Assembly (NCBI GenBank): GCA_965249725.1
Contig: CBDFMQ010000002.1
Coordinates: 1,920,001-1,984,000 of the forward strand
From: Longimicrobiales bacterium
Lineage (GTDB): Bacteria; Gemmatimonadota; Gemmatimonadetes; Longimicrobiales; Gaopeijiaceae
Direction: 5' to 3'
Length of the DNA: 64,000 nt
Below, one piece after another: positions 56,471 through 64,000 of this stretch. Positions within the stretch are counted from its first letter, which is position 1. Each line of letters starts with the position of its first letter. Made by a program: the position numbers and the translations under genes. A model generated the notes under the pieces. That model ran no database searches. It saw nothing but the letters and a program-made list of their open reading frames with translations, and had not been told where the DNA came from.

Positions 56471-56851
56471 TCAGGCCGCCTCTTCCTCCTTGAGCTTGCA
56501 CTCGATGCAGTAACGAGCGTGGGGGAGCGCATCCAAACGCTCGAATCCCACCTCGACTCCACACGTGTGACACAGCCCGAACGTCTTCGGATCGTTGTAG
56601 AGCCGCCGAAGGGCCTCCTCGAGCCGGTAGATGTAGCGGCCCTCCTTCGTCGCGAATAGCGCCGCCTTCTCGCGCTCCATGGCCTCCGTGCCCTGGTCGG
56701 CCATGTGATCCGTGTACGCCGAGAGATCGGAGTCCATCGACTCCCGATCGAGTTTGGCCATGCGGTCGAAGAGTCCCAGGGCCTTGAGCGCCTTCGAGCG
56801 CTCGTCCATGAGCCGCTTCTCGATGTGTTTGAGCTGTGTCTTGGTGAGCAT
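56471..56851 (-). CDS. TraR/DksA C4 zinc-finger protein
   Basis: HMADQGT, CHTC..RLDALP.ARYCIEC. Confidence 0.92.
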   Translation of the reverse strand: MLTKTQLKHIEKRLMDERSKALKALGLFDRMAKLDRESMDSDLSAYTDHMADQGTEAMEREKAALFATKEGRYIYRLEEALRRLYNDPKTFGLCHTCGVEVGFERLDALPHARYCIECKLKEEEAA

Positions 56852-56960
56852 TCCGTATGCCTCGTTCAAGGACGGCTTGCCGCCCGATCGGCTGTAAGGA
56901 AGAAAAATTAATCGAATCGGAAAAGGGCGTCTACAAGGCCGTCTGTAATCGCTCACTTCC

Positions 56961-57956
56961 TCACCAACGAACTAGGGCACTCCCCCATGTCAGCCCCGAT
57001 CCGAACGCGGTGAGTGCGAGCAGGTCGCCCCGCTTCAACAAGCCTTGGTCGACGGCCTCGGCCAGAGCGATGGGAATCGTGGCCGCCGTGGTGTTCCCGT
57101 AACGATCGATGTTGTTGTAGACACGCTCCTCCGGAAGGCCCAACCGTCGCCTCACCATCTCGGAGATTCGCAGGTTCGCTTGGTGAGGGATCAGCAGATC
57201 GATGTCCGCGGTCTCGAGTCCGTTCGCCTCGAGCGCCTCGCCCACGGCCTCGGGCATTCGGGTGACGGCATGCTTGAAGACCTCCTTGCCGACCATGGTC
57301 GGATACTGCCGACCCTCCAGGAGGTCGTCGGCCGAGATCCGAGGATTGCTCGCGCTGGACGCAGCTTCGCACCAGAGGATCTCCGCGTGTCGACCATCGG
57401 CATGGAGATGGGTCGAAAGGACGCCTCGGTCGGGGTCGTCCGTTGCACCGAGAACGGCGGCACCGGCCCCGTCACCGAAGAGCACAGCCATGTCCCGTCC
57501 GCGCGTCGTCACGTCGATCCCCGTGGATTGGATCTCGACGCCCACCAGCAGCACCGTCCGGTACTGTCCCGACTTGATCCAGGCATCGGCCACCGACAAT
57601 CCGTACAGGAAACCCGTGCACTGCGTCCGGATGTCCAGGGCGGGCACACCGACGAGGCCCAACTCCCGCTGGAGAAACACGCCCGTTCCCGGAAAGAAGT
57701 GATCGGGACTCAGGGTCGCCAGAACGATCGCATCGACCTCGTCGGCCTCCATGCCGGCCTGAGCCAGGGCATCGGTGCTGGCCGACAACGCCAAGCTTGC
57801 ACTCGTGTCACCTGCGGAGACCCAACGTCGCTCCTTGATGCCGGTACGCTCGACGATCCATTCGTCCGAGGTGTCCATGCGCTCCGACAGTTCTTCATTA
57901 GAGACCACCCGCTCGGGCACGCAGAACCCGGTTCCGAGAAACGCTGTCCTGGGCAA
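56961..57956 (-). CDS. fabH: 3-oxoacyl-ACP synthase III
   Basis: DTSDEWI.ERTGI, CTGF, FGDGAGA, PHQAN and GNT motifs. Confidence 0.93.
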   Translation of the reverse strand: MPRTAFLGTGFCVPERVVSNEELSERMDTSDEWIVERTGIKERRWVSAGDTSASLALSASTDALAQAGMEADEVDAIVLATLSPDHFFPGTGVFLQRELGLVGVPALDIRTQCTGFLYGLSVADAWIKSGQYRTVLLVGVEIQSTGIDVTTRGRDMAVLFGDGAGAAVLGATDDPDRGVLSTHLHADGRHAEILWCEAASSASNPRISADDLLEGRQYPTMVGKEVFKHAVTRMPEAVGEALEANGLETADIDLLIPHQANLRISEMVRRRLGLPEERVYNNIDRYGNTTAATIPIALAEAVDQGLLKRGDLLALTAFGSGLTWGSALVRW

Positions 57957-58107
57957 AACACCCTCCTCGCTGAAGCCTCGCTCAATTGCGGGCTCTCATC
58001 CATCAGGCTCCCACGAGCCGGATCCCTCTCCGACTCTGTGGGTAGTCGTGGTCTCGTCACGATCAGGGGCGCCGAATTCCGTGTCAATCGGAGGGATCGA
58101 AGTCACA

Positions 58108-58386
58108 GTGGAAAACATCGACTGCCGACGCTGCGGACCGGACAAGCCACAGCTTGCGAGGGCGCCGTTTCGAACCGAGCTGGGGGAGCGCATCCAGGAA
58201 CAGATCTGTTCCGATTGCTGGGCCGAGTGGCTGCAGCACCAGACGCTGCTCATCAACCACTACGGTCTGGATCCGCGTGAGCCCAAGGCCAAGGACTTCC
58301 TCTACTCTCAGATAGAGCAGGTGCTGCTCGGCGAGGGAGACGGGGAAGAGATCGACACGAGCAAACAGGGCGAGATCGCCTGGTAG
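58108..58386 (+). CDS. Fe(II)-trafficking / oxidative damage protection protein (YggX family)
   Basis: 'LGERI..IC..CW.EWL.HQT.LIN..L'. Confidence 0.88.
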   Translation: MENIDCRRCGPDKPQLARAPFRTELGERIQEQICSDCWAEWLQHQTLLINHYGLDPREPKAKDFLYSQIEQVLLGEGDGEEIDTSKQGEIAW

Positions 58387-58405
58387 AAGCCTGGGATCCT
58401 ACCCT

Positions 58406-60088
58406 CTAGCTGGATCCCGCGAGCACCGCCGACCGACAGGCGTCATCCCAGTCCAGACGGACCAGCATTCCACCACCCCATGAAGCCAGAAGCTCGACGG
58501 AGCCAGGGCACCGGGCGTCCAGTTCGTCCAGCGCGTCCTTGTGGATCCGACCGCCGTGCTCGAGCACCACGTATTCGATTCCGGCGGCGTCCCAAACCTC
58601 GAACTGCTCCCGGTTGGTGCCCCAAACCGGTCCTTTCCCCACCGGATGAAACCGTGCGCTGGGCGCGACGGTTCGCCCGGTGTGCAGAGCCAAGCCGGCC
58701 CACAGCTCGGGAGCACCCACCACGCCGTCCTCGGGAACGCGCCCCTCCAGCGCCAGCACGGCCCGAGCCAGCATCCGGGAGCGCGTATTGTAGGCCTCGA
58801 GGTGACGATCCTCTCTAAGGTGGAGGAGGCTGGCCCCACCCAGCCAAACGATCCAGCAGAGTCCGGCGATCCCCAAGGCGGTCGTGCGGGCTCGGAGTCC
58901 CCCGACTGCAGCCGTCCCCGGCGTCCTCCCGGCCTCGCCGCCGTCCTCGACCGGTGACACGAGCAGCCGTCGCAGAGATCGGAGCATCTCGCCCAGCTCC
59001 CGCCTGAATCCACAGATGAGAATCAGGCCCAGCAAGGGCGCCACCGGCATGATCAGACGGCGCTCCTGATACGGCCACATCCAGAGCAGCACGACCATGA
59101 GGCCAGCGGTCAGGACGGGGGTCCAGGACTCCCTGGACAACCGGTAGAGGCCGATGCCTCCAGCTCCCACCACCGCGACGGCCAAGACGACACCCCACCC
59201 GCCACTGGCGCCGGGGAACAGGACCCCGGCGAACCGGTCGATGAGCGCTCCAGCACTGGAAGCCATAACCGTGAGTGACCCGGCGCCCTCGGCCCCGACC
59301 TGTCTGGTCAGCCAGCCCCCATAGGGGCCCAGGGTGTCACGCAGTGGAGCCGGGATCGCCGTTGCCGCACGAGTCGACCAGACGATCCAGGGGGTGGCGA
59401 CCAGGGCCGCCCCGACGCCGGTCCAGACGGCCCAACGGAACTGCCGACGGAGCAGGAGCGCCACGGGCACGGCCGCCCCCAAGACCGCCCCCATCGTCCG
59501 TACGTGATAGACGGCCGCAAACGCAAGAAGGAAGATGGCGAGCGTCCTTCCCGTCGGTTCGCGCTCCAGACGTGATCCCGCCCAAAGCGCCAGCACGAGC
59601 ACGAGCAGAAAGAGCGGCTCCGACAAGGGCACCAGCGAGAGCCGCCACAGATCGGGCATGAGCCACAGGAAGCCCGCCGCGGCGCCGGAGCTCCTCCATG
59701 AGAAGTTCAGGGAGTGCAGGTAGGACACGAACACGCCCCCGCCTACGACCACGAATAAGAGGTTCATGACCGCGGCGAGCGATCCCTGAGCCACCATGGA
59801 CGGAGCGACCTTCCAGAGTGCCGCGAGCAGAAGGGGATACAGCGGAGGGAACTTGGCCCCCGGCGGTGAGCCGGCGACCTGCGAGTAGCGAAGTCCCTCA
59901 CCCTCCGCGAGCGACTGGCCCAGGAGGACGTACGCGCCGTCGTCGTGCCAGATTCCCGGGGGCACGACCTCCCATGCCACCACGGCGACTACGGCTAAGG
60001 CGCCGGCCGTAAGCGCCGCAACGGAAAAGCCCGACACCTCCCCTGACGGGGCGGTGTCGGGCGCTTCGTGTGGACCGGTGGCGGACAT
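58406..60088 (-). CDS. GT-C type membrane glycosyltransferase-like protein
   Basis: 'HDDGAYV.LG.SLA.G.G', FPPLYP and LSEPLF motifs; many TM segments. Confidence 0.75.
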   Translation of the reverse strand: MSATGPHEAPDTAPSGEVSGFSVAALTAGALAVVAVVAWEVVPPGIWHDDGAYVLLGQSLAEGEGLRYSQVAGSPPGAKFPPLYPLLLAALWKVAPSMVAQGSLAAVMNLLFVVVGGGVFVSYLHSLNFSWRSSGAAAGFLWLMPDLWRLSLVPLSEPLFLLVLVLALWAGSRLEREPTGRTLAIFLLAFAAVYHVRTMGAVLGAAVPVALLLRRQFRWAVWTGVGAALVATPWIVWSTRAATAIPAPLRDTLGPYGGWLTRQVGAEGAGSLTVMASSAGALIDRFAGVLFPGASGGWGVVLAVAVVGAGGIGLYRLSRESWTPVLTAGLMVVLLWMWPYQERRLIMPVAPLLGLILICGFRRELGEMLRSLRRLLVSPVEDGGEAGRTPGTAAVGGLRARTTALGIAGLCWIVWLGGASLLHLREDRHLEAYNTRSRMLARAVLALEGRVPEDGVVGAPELWAGLALHTGRTVAPSARFHPVGKGPVWGTNREQFEVWDAAGIEYVVLEHGGRIHKDALDELDARCPGSVELLASWGGGMLVRLDWDDACRSAVLAGSS

Positions 60089-60101
60089 GTACTCCCCGGA
60101 C

Positions 60102-61319
60102 TCAGTCCGTAAGAACGGCCGCGATGTCCACCAAAGCCTCTTCCAGCGTCGACCTCTCGATGGTCAGCGGAGGCGCGAAGCGAATGACCTGATGGTGCGT
60201 CTCCTTGGCCAGGATCCCCTTGGCCTGAAGGGCCTCGCAGAACGGTCGCGCCGTTCCCGACGACTCCTTGATGACCACACCGATCATGAGGCCGCGCCCC
60301 CGGACCTCCTCTACGTGCCGTGAGTCGATGGCGCGGAGTTCATCCATGAACCAGCTGCCTAGCTCGTCGGCGCGTTGCGCGAGATTCTCCTCGAGAACCA
60401 CGCGTAGAGAAGCCCTCCCTACCGCGGCACCCAAGGGGTTTCCACCGAACGTCGAGCCGTGATCACCGGGGCGATAGACGTCCATGAACTCCGAGTCGGC
60501 GATGACGGCCGACACCGGGTAAACACCACCACCCAGGGCCTTACCGACGATGAACACGTCGGGCCGGACATCCTCCCATTCGCAGCACATGAAGCGACCG
60601 GTACGACCCATTCCGGTCTGGATCTCGTCGGCAACGAAGGCGATTCCGTGCTCGCGGCAGATCTCGGCGGTGCGGCTCAGGTATCCCTCCGCCGGTACCA
60701 CGACCCCGCCTTCGCCCTGCAGAGGCTCCACGAGGAAGCCGACCGTGTTCTCGGTGATGGCGGCCTCGAGGGCGTCGACGTCACCGTACGGCACCGTCAC
60801 GAACCCCGGCGTGAAGGGTCCGAAGCCCTCTCTGGACTGCTCATCTGAGGAGAATCCGACGATGGTCGTGGTGCGCCCGTGGAAGTTGTTCTCGCAGACG
60901 ATGATCTCTGCCTGCCCCTCAGCCACACCCTTCACCTGGTAGCCCCACTTCCGGACCGTCTTGATGGCGGTCTCGACGGCCTCGGCCCCCGTGTTCATGG
61001 GAAGCGCCTTCTCGAATCCGGTGGCCTCACAGAGCTCCCCGAGGAACGGACCCATCTGGTCGTTGTGAAACGCCCGCGACGTCAGGGTCAGCTTGCCCAT
61101 CTGCTCTTGGGCCGCTCGCATGATGTCCGGGTGGCGGTGTCCTTGATTCAAAGCCGAATAGGCGGCGAGCATGTCGAGATATCGGTTGCCGTCGACGTCC
61201 CAAACCCAAACACCCTCTCCTCGGTCTAAGACGACCGGGAGCGGCTTGTAGTTGTGGGCGCTGAACTGATCAGCCTCACTCAGGTACACGTCGGTTTTTG
61301 AAGCACTGGCTTGAATCAT
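60102..61319 (-). CDS. rocD: Ornithine--oxo-acid transaminase
   Basis: AHNYKPLPVV, AYSALNQGH, DEIQTGMGRTG, GKALGGG and HGSTFGGNPL motifs. Confidence 0.95.
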   Translation of the reverse strand: MIQASASKTDVYLSEADQFSAHNYKPLPVVLDRGEGVWVWDVDGNRYLDMLAAYSALNQGHRHPDIMRAAQEQMGKLTLTSRAFHNDQMGPFLGELCEATGFEKALPMNTGAEAVETAIKTVRKWGYQVKGVAEGQAEIIVCENNFHGRTTTIVGFSSDEQSREGFGPFTPGFVTVPYGDVDALEAAITENTVGFLVEPLQGEGGVVVPAEGYLSRTAEICREHGIAFVADEIQTGMGRTGRFMCCEWEDVRPDVFIVGKALGGGVYPVSAVIADSEFMDVYRPGDHGSTFGGNPLGAAVGRASLRVVLEENLAQRADELGSWFMDELRAIDSRHVEEVRGRGLMIGVVIKESSGTARPFCEALQAKGILAKETHHQVIRFAPPLTIERSTLEEALVDIAAVLTD

Positions 61320-61458
61320 GGAACCCTCACGTGACGTCTTTCGAACGCCGTCTTGGGATGAAACGCCGGATGGACGAATGTATCGGCGTAATCATAATAA
61401 TAACATCAGAATTAATAATAATACAACACCCATTGCTACGATCACTTAATAGGATAAC

Positions 61459-62421
61459 TCAAGCCCCTTCCTCAGGGTAAGCAACCGGGGCCTGTTCCTG
61501 CTCGTTCACCTCGAGGCGGAAGACGTCGGGTCTCGCGTAGTGGCCGACCACGTCGAAGTCGAACTTCCCGCGTACCACGGCCCCCATATCGAGCTCCGCC
61601 ATGAGGATGCCTTCAGCGTCGAAGAGTGGACCGGCCAAGCATTCACCCGCCGGATCGTAGATGGCGCTGCCTCCGCGGCACAGTGTCTCCGGCCAGGTCT
61701 CGAGTTCTCCGGAGATCTCGAGGTCGTCCGGGTACATGTCGCGGGTCACGAACTGGTTGCACCCCAACACGAAGCAGCGCCCTTCCAGGGCAATATGCTG
61801 GAGCGTTCCCTGCCAACGGCCGCGGGAATCGGCGGTCGGGGCCAGGTAGATTTCGACGCCCTTGCCGTACATGGCCATACGGGCCAGCGGCATGTAGTTC
61901 TCCCAGCAGATCAGGCCGCCCACCCGGCCGAACGGCGCGTCGACCGTCGTCAGCGTGCTGCCGTCTCCCTCTCCCCAGATCACTCGCTCGGCCGCGGTCG
62001 GCTTGAGCTTTCTGTGCTTGCCCAGCAGCGAGCCATTGGGGCCGAAGTAGAGCAACGTGCAGAACAGGGTGCCGCCGCTATACGTGGAATCCCGCTCGAC
62101 GACCCCTACGACCAGGTACACCCCGGCCTCCCGGGCCACCTCTCCCATTCGCTGCGTCGCGGGGCCCGGCACTTCTACCGCTGTATCCCAGTAGCGCTGC
62201 CAGACACGCCGGCCTGCGTCTGTCCGGCCTCCTACGGCGGTCCCGAAGGCCAACCCCCAGGGGTAGCCTCCGACATAGGCCTCGGGAAACACCACCAATC
62301 CCGCTCCGTCTTGCGCCGCTTTGGTGGTGAGTTCGGCAACCCTCTCGGTCGTTGCCTCCCTGTCGAAGAAGACGGGGGACGCTTGCACGACGGCGGCCAT
62401 CACCTTGCGATTCTCAGTCAC
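61459..62421 (-). CDS. Nitrilase (carbon-nitrogen hydrolase)
   Basis: FPEA, HRKLKPT and ICWENYMP catalytic triad motifs. Confidence 0.95.
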   Translation of the reverse strand: MTENRKVMAAVVQASPVFFDREATTERVAELTTKAAQDGAGLVVFPEAYVGGYPWGLAFGTAVGGRTDAGRRVWQRYWDTAVEVPGPATQRMGEVAREAGVYLVVGVVERDSTYSGGTLFCTLLYFGPNGSLLGKHRKLKPTAAERVIWGEGDGSTLTTVDAPFGRVGGLICWENYMPLARMAMYGKGVEIYLAPTADSRGRWQGTLQHIALEGRCFVLGCNQFVTRDMYPDDLEISGELETWPETLCRGGSAIYDPAGECLAGPLFDAEGILMAELDMGAVVRGKFDFDVVGHYARPDVFRLEVNEQEQAPVAYPEEGA

Positions 62422-62474
62422 TTCAGCACCTCTGTCAGCGTTTCTTGTCAGCGGTTTCTGTCAGCGCTGTATGC

Positions 62475-63419
62475 TCAGCGGTTCCGGTACACGAACTCAG
62501 CCACCACGTCCCCTACCATGAGCAGGGTCTGGGCGCTGGTATTGTCGGGGGTGTCATCGGGTGTGTGCCAAAGGCCGTTCCTCGGCCCGTAATCGAAGTC
62601 GATGATGTCGATCGTGGGGATCCCGACGTCGATGAGCTTCAAGTGATCGTCCACCACTCGGGCCGTCTCGTCGAGGGGGAAGTAGCGTCGATAGCCCAAG
62701 TCCGCAGCGATTCCCCACACCCGCTGGACGAGCTGCGGTGCGGCCTCGAGAGAGTAGGCCTCCACGGGGAACCGGGCGTCGGCGTCACCCACCATGTCGA
62801 GAAGTACGGCCAAGTCGGGGGGATCATCCGTGCCCCGTCCCGCGGCATAGTGCGCGGCGCCCAGGAACATGTCGGCGGTCGTGGGCCCGTAGTCCTCTCC
62901 GTCGCTGAAGAGGAGGTCTACGCCCCCGGGAGGAGCCTGCTCCGCGAACACGCGCGCCAACTCGAGAAGCACCGCGGTGCCGGAGGCACCGTCGTTGGCG
63001 CCAGGCACCGGCATCTCTTGATCCTCGTCGCCCCTGCTCTGGTCGGCCTTCGGGCGCGTGTCCCAATGCGTGAGCAGAAGAAGGCGACGATCGGTCTCCA
63101 TACCGAAGCGGGCGATAACGTTGGTGAGCGTAAGGGTCTCACCGCCGGTGGTGACATGCTCGAACTCGTCGACGAACACCGTGTCCGCGAGGCCTTCGAG
63201 CCGCTCGACCATCCACTTGAGTTGCCTGATGTGGCCCTCCTCCTCGGGCACCCGGGGTCCGAAGGCCACCTGGGCCCTTAGATCGGCAAACGCCCTCGTG
63301 CCGTCGAACGCGGGGCGATCCACGCGAACGCTGACGGTGGATGGTCCACTGTCGTCCGCCCCGCCACACGCCGCGACCGCCAGGAATAGCGCCAATATCA
63401 GGGGCCGTCTCGTCGTCAC
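62475..63419 (-). CDS. M28 family peptidase lipoprotein (glutaminyl cyclase-like)
   Basis: HWDT, GANDGASG, DGED, LDMVG and WHT motifs; AVAAC lipobox. Confidence 0.92.
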   Translation of the reverse strand: MTTRRPLILALFLAVAACGGADDSGPSTVSVRVDRPAFDGTRAFADLRAQVAFGPRVPEEEGHIRQLKWMVERLEGLADTVFVDEFEHVTTGGETLTLTNVIARFGMETDRRLLLLTHWDTRPKADQSRGDEDQEMPVPGANDGASGTAVLLELARVFAEQAPPGGVDLLFSDGEDYGPTTADMFLGAAHYAAGRGTDDPPDLAVLLDMVGDADARFPVEAYSLEAAPQLVQRVWGIAADLGYRRYFPLDETARVVDDHLKLIDVGIPTIDIIDFDYGPRNGLWHTPDDTPDNTSAQTLLMVGDVVAEFVYRNR

Positions 63420-63723
63420 GTAATCCTCACGGTGGGTCGTTCCGGTTGGCCACGAAATCGGCCCTGTGGCCAGGTCGTGCCCACGCCTCTAGGGGCCTGA
63501 AAACCTCGTTTCCGGTCAGGCCGACAATCTCACGGAAAGGGGGTCAGGGGTCCAGTCTCGACGGGCCTTCAGCGCCGTGCCTCAACCCGGGTCCTCAGGC
63601 AAACATCATACGAGCGTGATAGACATCACCTCCGTGTAGGGAGTTGTACTACATCACCATCGACCAACCCCCTACAGACTCGGTATTCACCCCCGCCGAT
63701 GTTGAGTTCATAGCATTTTCTGC

Positions 63724-64000
63724 CGGCAGGAAGTCAACCTTGGCGGGCAAAGGCTAGTGGGGGCCGTGGGGTGGACCCAGCAAGGGCGCAGCTTCGACGG
63801 CGTCCGGGCCCGCTTCAATCAGTCGTGGGGCTCAGTGGACCTTATGGGCTATCAGACCATGGACGCGGTGGCCTCGAGCGTTAACGATAATGCCACCTTC
63901 TGGGGTTTTTACGCCGTGATCGACGCCGGCAATGCGGGCAACTTGGACCTTTACACCTTCCACCAAGCCGTGGACGCGGGAGCCGACACCGACCAGACCA
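63724..64000 (+). pseudogene. Alginate-export family porin fragment (5'-truncated, frameshifted, runs off the window)
   Basis: RQEVNLGGQRLVGAVGWTQQGRSFDGVR, then a frameshift at a G5 run; in-frame stop at 63703 with no start codon after it. Confidence 0.65.

Noticed and set aside
42978..63419. Many long overlapping antisense ORFs (e.g. 43146-44240, 46620-48083, 57045-58280, 61540-62592)
   Set aside because: Shadow ORFs expected in high-GC DNA opposite clearly identifiable housekeeping genes.

Overview
This is a GC-rich bacterial window. Its gene families suggest Gemmatimonadota (inference). The right third (42.5-63.4 kb) is ordinary core chromosome: cysS, pyrF, pyrD, amidase, smpB, pgi, pyk, RNase D, fabH, rocD and others. 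The left two thirds is an accessory mosaic built around tRNA-derived attachment sites. (i) Three tRNA-Pro(GGG)-like cores at about 1.8, 5.5 and 8.4 kb and a tRNA-Ile(GAT) 3' half at 20.9 kb delimit cargo modules that have no integrase; most of these sites have 11-12-bp-period direct repeats nearby. (ii) At 13.8-18.2 kb there is a minus-oriented cluster of attC-like sites with no intI in the window, carrying almost only toxin-antitoxin modules. (iii) A tRNA-Thr(TGT) is flanked by two convergent paralogous tyrosine-integrase remnants. On one side lies a 4.5-kb island that duplicates the tRNA 5' half; on the other a decayed ICE with virB2/3/4, Cro-AlpA, a PHP-ATPase plus AlbA_2/Schlafen candidate defence pair, and an ASCH gene. 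Other items: a candidate sigma54-driven structured leader or sRNA, an LRR-PQQ dehydrogenase fusion, and many deletion or frameshift scars (biological or assembly-derived). All family assignments come from reading motifs by eye; no database searches were run.
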